This document shows, piece by piece, positions 11,820 to 23,865 of a DNA stretch of 64,000 bases. A model generated the notes under the pieces. It was not told where the DNA came from and did no database searches. It saw nothing but the letters and a program-made list of their open reading frames with translations. Within the stretch, counting starts at the first letter, position 1. Every line of letters begins with the position of its first letter. Source of the DNA: Camelus dromedarius (Eukaryota); contig NC_087436.1 in assembly GCF_036321535.1 (NCBI RefSeq), positions 57,290,001-57,354,000 of the forward strand. The letters are read 5' to 3'. Both the position numbers and the translations under genes were made by a program.

Positions 11820-13244
11820 CCTAGAGCCACAATCCATTTAGGACCAAAGCTCTGCCTTATTCCTACTAGCCTTTCTCTCTTCCTCTTCCACACCACCAGG
11901 AATCTGGAATCCAGCCCCTGACAACTGGTCAAACTGTTACAATGCCCCTAGCTAATCACCACTGGCCCCCAACTTGGATTCTGAGTAGGCTTCTCCTGAA
12001 TATAGTGCCACTGGGCTCCACCTGCCTACAGGGGAAGTGTGTTAGACCACCTAAAACGTCCCACCTGGTGTGGCCCTTGCCACATCTGTGTTGACCCCAG
12101 TCTGTTGCTGAGCTGCATTTCTTCTTCATTCCTGCAGCCAAGTGGCTACCTCTCTAGTTTATGTTCTAAATACCTGCTTCCTGTCTCTTCCATCATAGTT
12201 AACCAGGAAGTTTCTGTCTATATTCCAAGATATAAGCCTCTGTAACACTAATAATAACACAAAAACTTGTTTAAGGGGGAGGGTATAGCAGCCTTCTAGA
12301 CAATTTCCAACGCATCTCTACTTTCCTTTAAAAAATCCTGTTACAGCTTAAGCATCTATCAGTTGGTTTAAACCCCCTTCCAAACTTTATTTTCTGTATT
12401 ATCCCTTGGGGCAATGTATCAAGTAAAGTAGTACCCCATTTAATATTAATAAAGTGCCTTTTTCAAATTCTAGAGTTGTGTACTAGTTTTAGAATTAAGG
12501 TCTTTAATAAGAAAAATTATACATACTCAAACCTGCACCTCTAGTCTTTAATTATTACCACAGGTTTTATGTTTCCATGCTTGGGTTTTTCTTTTTCTAT
12601 AGTATTCAGAAGCACTTTTTTCTTCTTGATTATTTCAGTTGCTATGCACTTAATACTCTTATCTTATGCTTGTTTTAAGCTTGAATGCAGTGTTCCAAGT
12701 GCAAATCCACCAGAGTTTTGTTTTGTTTTGTTTTGTTTTTAAAAGAGTAAAGTAATATTTTCTATTATAAACATTCTTTCTGTTAATTCTGATTTTGACT
12801 ACTGGGCTATATCAGACAATTCCACTAGAAAACAAAACAAGACAGTTTATTCAATGTATTGTTGTCACCCTAGTTGATGACATTTTATGTCAGATTCCCT
12901 CTTCCATATCAGATGATTTGTTTTGCTAATTTAGGTACTGAGCCAACTAGATCTATATATTCCATATCTGTATGTATTCCATATTCTAATATGAGCACTG
13001 ATCAGCCAGCTGTGGGCTGTAAGATTACATCCCCATTACTTGGCCCGGTCTCTTTTGAAAAGGTGTCATTCTGGGTGTCAGCCATCCAGGAAAACTAAGG
13101 TATAATTTATTTAGGTGGATGAGAGAATAATATTGAGTGTTCTTGAAATTTTACTCTCTTAAGCCTAGATGCAATGAATCTAAGAATGCTAAGAATGCTA
13201 AGGAGAGTCCCTGGATAGCAGGAATCAAGTGTATAAAGAACACC

Positions 13245-13470
13245 AGTCATAACTTGAGGATGCTTTATGTGAGGCAAATAAATTTATAATTTCATCTAGT
13301 CATCACAGTAACCATATTATGCAAGTGGGCACTATATTATTGTCCCTATTTTTTAGCTGAGGCAGTTGAGGCAGAGAGTTTAAGAAATACAGCCAAAGTC
13401 ACTCAGGTGGTAGGTGGAGAACTGGGGTGGAAACTCAGGTCTGCTTACAGTCAGAATTCCCAGTCTAAGC
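13245..13470 (-). mobile_element. MIR SINE
   Basis: attattgtccctatttttt agctgaggcagttgaggcagagag...ccaaagtcactcag. Confidence 0.75.
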
Positions 13471-13549
13471 CAGTGTATTCCTAAAAGTTTCCTCAATGGT
13501 GGCAGGCTGACAGCGAGGCAGAAATATTGCTAGAGCATTTCTTTAATGT

Positions 13550-13855
13550 ACCATCCAGTAGAAATATATTACAAAACATGTGTAATTTAAAATTTTCCAG
13601 CAGCCACTTCAAAGTAAAATAAATGGGTGAAAATAATTTTAATAGTGTATTTTATTTAACCTACCTAATATGTCCAAAATATTATCATTTTAATATGTAA
13701 TCAATATAAAATTATTAATTTTCTGTTCTTTTTTTGTATTAAGTCTTTGAAGTACAGTGTGTATTTTATACTTTAAGTACCTCTCAGCTGGGACTGTTGT
13801 TTATTTCAAGTATTTAATAGTCGTTGTTGCTAACAGCCACTGTGTTAGCACAGCT
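13550..13855. mobile_element. MER33/MER3-like hAT-Charlie MITE
   Basis: tccagtagaaatata...aatttaaaattttccagcagccac...atgtaatcaatataaaattattaat...tttcaagt. Confidence 0.75.
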
Positions 13856-15233
13856 CAAGAAACCACAAAACTGGATTTAGGCAACTTACATTTCAAAGAC
13901 TACCTTGTATCTTACCATTTCATGTCACCTTTAAGATTCTCCTAGCCTCGAGTAATTGCATGTTAGAATGGTCCAGCTTTGCCTCAGTTGTGTCATGAGG
14001 AATTAAAAGATTGATGGGGATCAGGATGCCCCTCCTCTGCTAGTGGCCATTATAACAGGGCAGGTGGAATTAGGCATCCCCAAGGGAAAGGTGAAATCAA
14101 GGGACAAAAGTTGGGATTTTAGGTCTAGCTACTCCACCTTCATCACAAATGCTGGAATTTTCTTTTCTGAGGGGGTGATTGCCTTAAATTGATTATCCCA
14201 GTTTGGAATTTGGGCACTAGTGATTTTCAGTATATTACGCTTTGATTTTTCCTTTCTTGCTTAATGTCCTTTTATTTGGTGAACTTACAAAAAGGTTGCT
14301 TTCTGGAAAGTGCAGACACATTTTTCCTCTTTGTTCTAAGAAGATTAATCTAGTGAATGATCTGGCAAGGGACGATGACTCTTTCTCCACCAGTAACCTC
14401 CATCAGCTCCCCTCCCCAAACTGATGCTGGAAATGCAACAGTAAAGGCAGCAATAAACTCCCAACCCCACTGCTGTGCAATAATCCCTTCTATTTAGAGC
14501 CTCTTGCACCACAGTATCTGAAACTAATCCTGGAAGCAAAATTAAGAGGCTAATAACAGACAACTGGTCAAGAAAACCAACCAGCCTACCATACTTGGCA
14601 GCTAAAAAGACATGAGCAAGAACTGGTGCACAAAATGGGCAACAGAATGTGTTACTAAAACATAAAGAAACTAGATATTTACGATGAAGAGCTTTGGGAG
14701 GCACACTTTTATTAGTAAAATATTTCAGGATGGTTGTGATGTAATCATGAGTTTTGAGAAAATAAGTAAAGGATGATAATTGTAAATCATGTAATTAATA
14801 AAATATTGTAAATCTTATACGTGCTGAAATTCCATTACAATGAAATTGTGTGGAAAACCTTAGATTCTACCAACTGAACTAAGGCAGTTGGCAGGAACCT
14901 AATATATGTGTAAATGTACACAGCAAGATAGCCTCAATATTCATCCTCACCTCCGGATGAAATCTTTTAAAGGTTTTCCCTTTTCTTTCTTCTTCTTTGT
15001 TCACCTAGATTTATAACTCAAAGGTGACTGTGAATGTAAAGGAGATAAGCAGAGTGTGGAGGCGGGGTAATCGAGGCTGGTATTATGACTTGGAGACCAG
15101 TGGAAAAGCACAGCCAAGACAGCTGAGAGGACGTAATAAAATAAAAAGTATGATTTAATGATTAGGCGCACAATTGATTTTGTGCTTTGTACCAAGCAAG
15201 CTGACAACTAGAATGTGGAGTCCCATCTATTTC

Positions 15234-15416
15234 CCTTTCTCTCTTTCTTTCTTTCTTCCTTTCTTCCTTTCCTTCCTTTCTTCCTTTCTTCCTTTCTTCC
15301 TTTCCTTTCTTCCTTTCTTTCTTCCTTTCTTCCTTTCTAAATGGAGGTACTGGGGATTGAACTCAGGACCCCATGCATGGGCTCTACTACTGAGCTGTAC
15401 CCACCCCCCTCCCCCA
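15234..15416 (-). mobile_element. Camelid tRNA(Ala)-derived SINE (vic-1-like) with a (CTTT/CCTT)n tail
   Basis: aatggaggtactggggattgaactcaggacc...actgagctgtaccc. The repeat ATCTATTTC at 15225-15233 and 15417-15425 is a probable TSD. Confidence 0.85.
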
Positions 15417-17402
15417 ATCTATTTCTTGAATAGACTTAAAAATGGAAAGGCGTTGGCTATAAAGTGACATTCTCTTTACTCCCTGCATACAACCTTATCT
15501 TCTAAGACCAAGCAGATGTTAATCTGGGAAGTATTTCAGCTGAATTTCTAAGCCTGTAAAGTGTTCTGTTCTGACAAATTTCCCTAATTTGTCACAATCA
15601 GTATCACCAAGACTAGGTCCTGAACAAAACAACAGCAACAACCAAGAGGACAGTGGGAAATACAAGTGGAGAACAGAGACATTTGTCCTTTTTCAGATTG
15701 AATAGTACTGCTCTCCCTGCTTCCTCCCTCCCACGATGAAAAGACTGGAAGTCCACGGAAATAGAAATAGGTCCATAATTTTAATCTAGTCTAGTTCTTG
15801 ATTACTGAATTTTTAAAATAATTGTTTGGGAAATATAATATAACTGACTTGGAACTAGAAGATTTTACAGAAAAGCAAAAAAAAAAAAAAAAAAAAGGTA
15901 AACTCTGAATGGTGGATTCTTCCCTTTCTCTACTACCTTTGTTTCTTCCAATAAAGCAGACTAGAATGGGAGATTTTTACCGACACCCTTCATGATAATG
16001 TTTCTAAGAAAATCATATCAGTCTGCCCCTGTGTTTTTTTTTAAACTACCATTAAAACTTATTTTAAAATTATATATAACAACGTAAGGCTAGTTTCTTA
16101 CTTTTTTGCACAACGGCTTTTTGCCTAAACTGTTAGACATCTCATGGGGAAAATATTTTGCATCTATTGAAGAAGGAACCTGATTTTACCTGGGTAATTC
16201 ATCCCTTGCCCTGGGCTGACAGCAAAAGGGCCAAGCTCTCCATATGTTGAACCACATTCCACAATGGCATAAGTACACAGACAGGTTTGTGGCTGTTACT
16301 ACTTGCTCCTATGTCAGATAGGGCATTTTCACTTCTCAAAACTTTCCTGGATTTTTTTCTTTCCTTTTTTATGTAGATTTTGCTGACCTATGACAACATA
16401 TCAACATAAATTTAATGGGACTTAACTAATATTTATAAAGACATAAAAAAATCCTTTTCCATCTACCATGCATGGTCCCCTCTTAAAAGCAAAAACAAAA
16501 ACAAAACAAAACAAAACAAAAAAAAATAGTTCCTTAAAATGGTACTGCATCTGAACTCTTAAGAGATCCTTTTTTTAATCAGCCAACTTGGGTTCAACAT
16601 ATATCACGATCACATCATTAAATAAACCTCTATTTGTAAATGGTATAAAATCTCCCCTCTAGGATATGAATTACTAGGTATCCCAAACTCTAGTGTACTC
16701 CAAATCTGTCTCATTAATCAGCTTCCTAGACCGATGTTCTTATTATTAAATCCCTTGTTTCACTTAGACTAAATAGATAGGAACTTTGTCTACATGAGGT
16801 TACTGTTTACAGGGAAACACAGCCTGTATATAAGATACATAGAACAGAAAAGTTTTGCTCAAATTGTATCAACTGTCGTTGATCTAGCCTGTGTTAACAG
16901 TAATCATCGTGGGGAATGGAACCTCTCCACGACACACTGTAAGGAAGAACTAGTTTTCAAAATAGAGGCTAAAGCAGAAAGAGCTCCAAGCCCAACTCTA
17001 CACTGAATATTTGATCCTACTGAAATCAAAGAATCAGAGGACTGGGAAATTACCGGTCCACCTTCAAACCAATCCACCTTTTTCAAGTTTTTTGAGGAGA
17101 TAAGAAGTTGTCCTGTTTGTACGTAAGTTCTTTCAAAGGAAGACTTCTGACAGCGACTCGTGTATACTAAATCTTCCTGGTGGGAAAATCTTTCCTATTC
17201 CCTAATTAAGTTTAGAGCCACTGTAAAAATAACCAGAAAGAATTATAGAGAAGTTAAGACCCACGGGAAAAAAAAAATCCCTACAAGAAAGCCCGAGTGC
17301 AATATTTCTTTGATGGTAAAATTAATAACCCAGAATTTCTTCAAGCTGAGTAATGAAAAGTTCACATATTTTCAGATTAGCACATGACAATATAATCCGT
17401 AA

Positions 17403-17420
17403 CAGTGACATCTGGTGGCT
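17403..17420 (-). promoter_or_regulatory. Candidate CTCF binding site
   Basis: The minus strand reads GCCACCAGATGTCACTG, close to the CTCF core CCACCAG(G/A)(T/G)GGC(A/G). Motif match only. Confidence 0.55.
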
Positions 17421-18949
17421 TTAATTATAATGCTGTGGCATTTTTTGTACAAAGCCATGCCATAATTAAATAGAATTATAACATGGCTTTGTGCTATGCA
17501 TGACAAAATAAACACATGCTTATGAGCTTTCTACCAAAGTATTCCTTATAAACTTGGGACAACAAAATTTCAAATATTTTTGTAAGTTCACAGATTTGAA
17601 ATTTGCAGATAAGAGTATACAAATTTGTATTTTAACCTTAAACTTTTTAGTCACACGACCAGAAACTTGCTGGCTTTAAATTTCTATGTGTTTAACTTTC
17701 ATTCATTTTCCTCTTGTTGATGGAGTGCAGGCTCAGATTGGCATACTCTTTCATAGCTGCTTCCAACATCAGTCTGTCACTCATGGGAGCTAAAACCACA
17801 GGCTGCCTGGAATAAATTTAATTCATTGCCCTCTTGAGCTCCACCAGGGCTAAATGGAGAGGGAAGGGTGAATAGGTGAATCTCAGTCTTTCTCTCAGGG
17901 TGTTAAATGTTAATGATGACCTTGATTTGTCTGTGGGCACCTCTCCCCTCCCCTCACCCCCTGTCCTGAGGTTTAGCAACCCTTTCTTTGAAAAACTTTG
18001 CAAACACAGTGAAAAAACTACAAGAACATATATAATAAGCAGCAAAGGTTCTTTAAAAAAGTGTGATATTTTAGCTCCATAGAGTTTTGAAATACTGTCC
18101 TTCCACTTGCACTTTTTTCACGGGTTGGAAAGCAGTCAGGAGACTGATCTGACAATTCCCATCTCTTAAAACTCTTTGACAGTCAGCCTCTTTGTAAATG
18201 TTTCTGATACATAATTCCTATGCCGATGTTCCGTCATAAAGTGACTTTTAACCCTGTGTTTCTGTGGATTGCGCACTGTTAATTTACATTAGGCCATCTG
18301 GCTTAATTTGCACTGTTGAGTCTAGGAATGAAATGTGGCCCAGATAGCAACATTTGCACTTGTGTGTGCAAGTTGAAGGTGACTCAAGCATCGGGCCAAA
18401 CTGGTGATATTTCTGATTATAATGTGTTATATTTAAATATACGCAAATATGCAAATTCACTGGCTATCTGCAAAACTGTGCAATTTCTGCTTTCTTTCTT
18501 TCTGTCAGGGCGTGTTATTTGTGGTAGATAACAGCATTTACCAAGAGAAATACTTTGAGAGTTATAGATACAAACTATATTCAAGCAAGATTTTCTTCAA
18601 CTGAATTGTATTAACAATAATTTACTGTTTCCGCAACACTACATTGTGAATACATTCAGGCAAAGAAAATACTAGCTACAGATGCTGTTTTCTAAGTAGA
18701 CTGTGCTGTGGAGTTCAAATTCAAAGAAAAAATCAGTATTAATAAGTCAGTTTTACTATCTCTTAATCCTTCATGAGAATAAGGAGTTCTTTTCCAGGTA
18801 TATCTAATCTATGAAATAGTGGATCAGAATTAGTGTTGGCCTGCCCTTTATGACTGTTTACATCAGGTCCCATAAAAAGCAGAAGATGCCTTGATGGACT
18901 TTTCCAGCTGATGAAACATCAAAACACTGAAAACTCCCAAACTGATAAT

Positions 18950-19753
18950 TCCATGTTTCTACTAACCTTCAGACTGTAGTAGTTATTATTTAACTGGATG
19001 TCTAGTAAACATTTCAAACTTAATATGTCCAAAGAGTTCCTGATCTGCCCACCAAAGCATCTTCTCCCACAGTATTCACCGTCTGAATAAATAACATCTT
19101 CATCATTCTAGCAGCTCACTCGAAAACATCTTGAGTCATCCCTGAATTCTTTTCTTGTCTCAAACTCATATCCAATTCATTCCATCAGTAAATCTATTGG
19201 CTTTCTATCATTAAAATGGATTCTAATTTAATCACCCGTTTACCACTCCATCATTATCATCTTGGTTCCAGTCACTATTTTCATCTGCCTGATTAGCCCA
19301 CTCTTGACCCTACTGTAAAATCTCATTCCAGCAGCCCAAAGACTCCTTTTAAATCCAGATTATATCATGTCATCCTTTTGTTCAAACCTTTCCCAGAGAT
19401 TAATTTCTCATGCACAGTAAATTTTATAATTTCTGAGAAGGCCCTAGATAGTCTGGTTCCTTCTCTCCTTCCTTTATTTCCCACAGCGGCCTCCTCTGGT
19501 TAGGCCCCAACAACCTGGCCTTCTTGCTTCTACAAGACTATACCACCATGCTGGCACTCCTTCTGTTCCCTGGAACATCCTTTCCCAGATAACTTCTGTT
19601 GTTCCCTTCAGGTTTTTATTGAAATCTCAACATCACAGCAAGGCTTTCCCTGCCCACCCCAGATGTGATTATCTCCTTCTGTCCATCCTTGGGCTTGCTA
19701 TCTTCCTTCTCTTGAATTTTCCTCCGTTTATCACCAACTGATACTATATCTAC

Positions 19754-19792
<39 letters not shown>

Positions 19793-19942
19793 CCTCTTCT
19801 GTATGTGTCCACTTTTTGTTTATCTCTACTCATTTCCTAGAATATAAACTCCATGAGAAGATTAACAACTTTTCTGTTCACTGCTGTATTCCCAGCACAT
19901 AGAACAGTGCCTGGAACCTAATAAGAACTCAATAAATGTTTA
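18950..19942 (+). mobile_element. L2 3' portion (~1 kb)
   Basis: ggatgtctagtaaacatttcaaacttaatatgtccaaa...ctagaatataaactccatgag...tgttcactgctgtattcccagc...ctcaataaatgtt. Confidence 0.9.
19747..19794. repeat. (TATC)n microsatellite
   Basis: Nine perfect units at 19755-19790 plus variant units. Confidence 0.97.
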
Positions 19943-20290
19943 TCTGTAGCTGCATCACGTATACACAATTCCTCAAAGGAAAGAACTTTCTCTCAGGTTA
20001 ACTGGGTGTGTAACAGCATATTTCTGATTAATCTGCTCTAAAAATCTATTGGTGGTGTCATAGAGCTTGAAAACTACTAAATTCACCACACTAGATTTCT
20101 TCAGTAATTGAAGACTAGCCTGGGGAATCTATAAATTGATAACCATTCCATTCTGCCTTTATTTCTGTTGACTCCAAAAAAATATTTGAAATGCATTTTC
20201 TGCTTTACTCTTGAGAGCAAAGATTGATTTGCAAATTAGATAGTTCTTTTGTTGTTTCAAATGCAATACTGCCTTGCAGGTTAGAAGTCA

Positions 20291-20800
20291 CTGTTTCTGG
20301 TTATCTATCGCTGTATATAACAAATCACTCCAAAACATTAATTTACCCATGGATCCCAACTGGGGAAAGGCTTGGCAGAAATAGCTTTATCTCTGTTGCA
20401 CTCAGCATCAGCTAGAGTGGCTCAAAGGCTGGGGTTGGAGTCATCTGAAGGCTTACAGTTGACTCTGAGACCTTAGCTAAGGCTCTCAACTGGAGCATCT
20501 TGACATGTCTCCACAAATAGTTTGGGCTTCCTCACCCTATGGTGACTGGGTTCCAAGGGTGAGCATTCCCAAGAGAGAATCTCAGGTAGAAACCAAAGCA
20601 TCTTTTGTGAACCAGTCTTGGAAATCATGCAGTGTCACTTTTCTGTGCTCTATTTGTCAAGGCCATCATTTCAAAGGCCTGTCTGATTTCACGGCAACGC
20701 GGAAGAGATTCTACCTCTCGATGGGGAGGTGGCAGGATTCTGAAAGAGCAGGTGAGACTAGAAATACTGTTATGGTCATTTTTGGAAAATGCAAACTGTC
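20291..20800 (-). mobile_element. MLT1 solo LTR (F/G-like)
   Basis: Begins ttatctatcgctgtatataacaaatcactccaaaac (antisense LTR 3' end) and ends ggtcatttttggaaaatgcaaactgtc (antisense 5' end). Confidence 0.85.
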
Positions 20801-20944
20801 GTAGATACTACAAGGTATTTGAGGTGATCTGAGCTCTACATTGATTAAAATGATAGTCCTTCATCGAGCTCATGGTGAAAAGGCCTAGGACTTCCATGTT
20901 GTCTTTCAAATGATCTATCTACTGCTATCATAAAGAGGGCAGCG

Positions 20945-21494
20945 TGATAATTTTAAAATATGTCCACAAATCTTTTGCAATCTTCCCATCAAGAAGTGGC
21001 CATTCTGTCCCCTCCCCCGAATCTGGGCTGGCCTTAGAGACTCACTCATAACCAGTACGATTCAGCAGAAGTGCTGTTTTGTGAATTCCAAGGCAGCTTT
21101 TAACTTTGTCCTTGGAACACTTATGTTTGGAACTGTGAGCTGCCATGTAAGAAACCCAACTATCCTCGGGCCTCCGTGCTGTAAGAAAGCCAATACCATG
21201 CTCAAGAGACCTTGCACAGGTGTTCTGGTCGACAGTGCAACTGAGATCCCGTTTGTCAGCCAGCATCAAGAGCCAGTCACAAGAGTGAGCCATCTTGGAT
21301 GTCCAGACCAGGTGAACTTTGAGAACTTCAGCCCTACCTGCCTCTGGTTGCAACCACATGGGAGACCCCAATGAGAACTGAGCAGCCAAACCCTTCCAGA
21401 ATTTTTGACCCACAAAGTCATGAGCAAAATAAAATGGATGTTTTAAGCCACTAAGCTTGGAAGTAATTTGTTATTTAGTAAACACAACTGAACA
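20945..21494 (+). mobile_element. MLT1F-like solo LTR, near full length
   Basis: aaaatatgtccacaaatctttt...cccatcaagaagtgg...aataaaatggatgttttaagccactaag...gtaatttgttat...aactgaaca. Confidence 0.9.
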
Positions 21495-23624
21495 GGTAGG
21501 GATAATGGTCAAAAGAGTCTAATTCTTGTTCAAGAGCTAAAATTATAATCTTCAGTTCTCCATCTGCTATACAAAACGTAGGTTGGCTTCAGTTATTAAA
21601 ACCTTTATTATTCCTTTGCAGTAAAATAATTTTAAAAACAGAGTGAGAAACTCTTCAACTTACTGAATTATCAATCCTAATCCTTTACAAGATTGTGAAC
21701 ATGCTGGACTGTGCACAGCTAAACATGAGGACACTCCTATGTAGGTTTCAACAAAGTCATTCTATAGTTGGAGGATGTCATCAAAATGTATTGAGTTTAT
21801 AATTGTAGATGAAGTTATTTGCTTAATATTTTAACTGTTTCCTTGTAATAAATCTGTACAACTTTCTAGTTACTAACACTTATCTATAAATGTATACTTT
21901 TTTATACTATCTTAATACAATTTGAATATTGAAAGTCAACCTTCTTGAAGAGGTGAAAACACTAGTAAATGTTAATCAGCTTTTTAAAATGACACCCTTC
22001 ACACACTTAAAAGCAACAGTGAAATGCATCTATAAGTTAGAGAAATATGGGAGTGGCAGACTGAAGATAGTGAAACATAAGAAGAAAATAAAAGTGAGAA
22101 TTACTTCAAAAAGTTGATCTGGTTCTTTCTGCTGATGAAAAATTTTAAAAACTCGTACTAGCAACATATATATTTATTCTTTTTCATTGTTTCTTATTCA
22201 AGGCTGGAGTATTACGAGCTCTACAATTTGTTTCCCTGTTCAAACTAAGCATTATTTATTTAACTTCTCTCTTGATAGAACAGAAACAAAGGGTGTGGCC
22301 AAAGAATACTGCAATTAAGAGAATACCTTGCTCCTATTGTGCTTGTAAATACTCCTGCATTCTAAGAAATGCAGAGCAAATCTCAATTGTTATAGTTTTT
22401 TAAAATAAAATCAAGTATATCGGGATCCAATTTCCTAAATATAAGAGGGCAACTATGTATTTCAATAAATATGATAGAACCACCATAAGACTCAAGAAGG
22501 GTAAATGCTCAAATTTTGTTTAAAAAAAATTTTTTTACTGTTTTTGACTTCTCACATATGAATATATTTGAGTCTCCCATCCCTTTCAAACAACCTTCTG
22601 TTTTTTTGACTTTCAGACATAAAATACAGCTTCTGTGAGAACTTTGAGATCATTTTGTTACCTTTGTGATGGAACGAAAATGGTTTACAATTTCAAACAG
22701 CTCGGAATCTCGATCGTGTGGTCTGTGTATGTGCCTGCACGTGGACGCCTGCCTGTGTGGGTAAATAAGAAGCATGCCAGGCAGCATGAAACATTCACTG
22801 CCGAGAGGTCCTGAATCTGGTTTGGCAAATCAGGATGCCGCCGTGTATGAGGGTATTACTTACACGAGCGGCAGCTGTTCTGGTGACTCTAATGTTAAAC
22901 ACACTGGCTAAGTAGATTCTGAAGCCAGTGATAAACAAGTGTCTCAGAGATACATCCATACAACAGCACATGTTTAGCCTTTGCTGCACTACAATGAGTG
23001 TCCCACATCAGCTTTCTTCTTCTTCAGGTTTCCTGCAGCCCCCCTGACTGTTCCTGTCACCCAGTGCCAGATGGGAAGTGAGAGCTCAGCTGATCCACTT
23101 CTTTGTGGTGGAAACCCCCAGAGCTTCAGCTCCAGGCTACAGGTTACCGAAGCCATCATGAAAAATTCAGAGCTGATATTAACAAGTCGGCTGAAAGTAA
23201 AGCGCGTGTCACATTATCTATCCTGCCTTTCAGTTACTACTAAAGCTACTGTCGCCAAAAGAAGAAATGCATACTTGCTGTGTTTGTGTTCAGAACTATT
23301 TGGGTTGTACTTTGTACATTCAGAAATAAGAAGATTGATGCTGTAAAAAATAGAAGAGAGAAAGATCAGACAGTTGAATTACTGAGAATCCTAGAGAATG
23401 AGAGGCAGAATAGCGAGGTGGAAGGAAGTGGCCTCTTAATACTTGGAGTGAAGTAGGGAAATATTTTACTGCAGCTTGATTAAATAATTAAACACATTTA
23501 TAATTGCTTTATATGCACATTGTTTCTATATTTATCCAGTAATAAGTATGTTTCATAAAAGTTCTTTTAATTAAAAAAGATAAGCCTATAGAAAAAATTT
23601 TGAGATATTAAAAAATTAATTAGT

Positions 23625-23865
23625 AATTAATTTACGGAATACTTACTATGTTCTAAGAACTATTCTAAGCACTTTTCACACATTCCCTCATCTACGTCTC
23701 TCAACTAGCCAAAAAGGTGGGTACTACTTATTATTAACACCGTTTTACTAATTAGGAAACTGAGGCATTGGAAGGTTAAGTGACTTTCCCCTGGTCATGT
23801 AGTAAGGAGCAGATTTAAATGCAGGCAGTCTCTCTCCAGACCCTGTGTATTTACCACTACTCTGT
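23625..23865 (-). mobile_element. MIR SINE
   Basis: ggaaactgaggcattggaaggttaagtgactttccc. Confidence 0.85.

Noticed and set aside
14345..14704. Coding-looking segment (119-aa minus ORF; plus-strand LKLILEAKLRG and NIKKLDIYDEELWEA faintly like an RTE-clade LINE end)
   Set aside because: The similarity is too weak to call by eye, and the plus frames have stops. It needs a Dfam or tblastn search.
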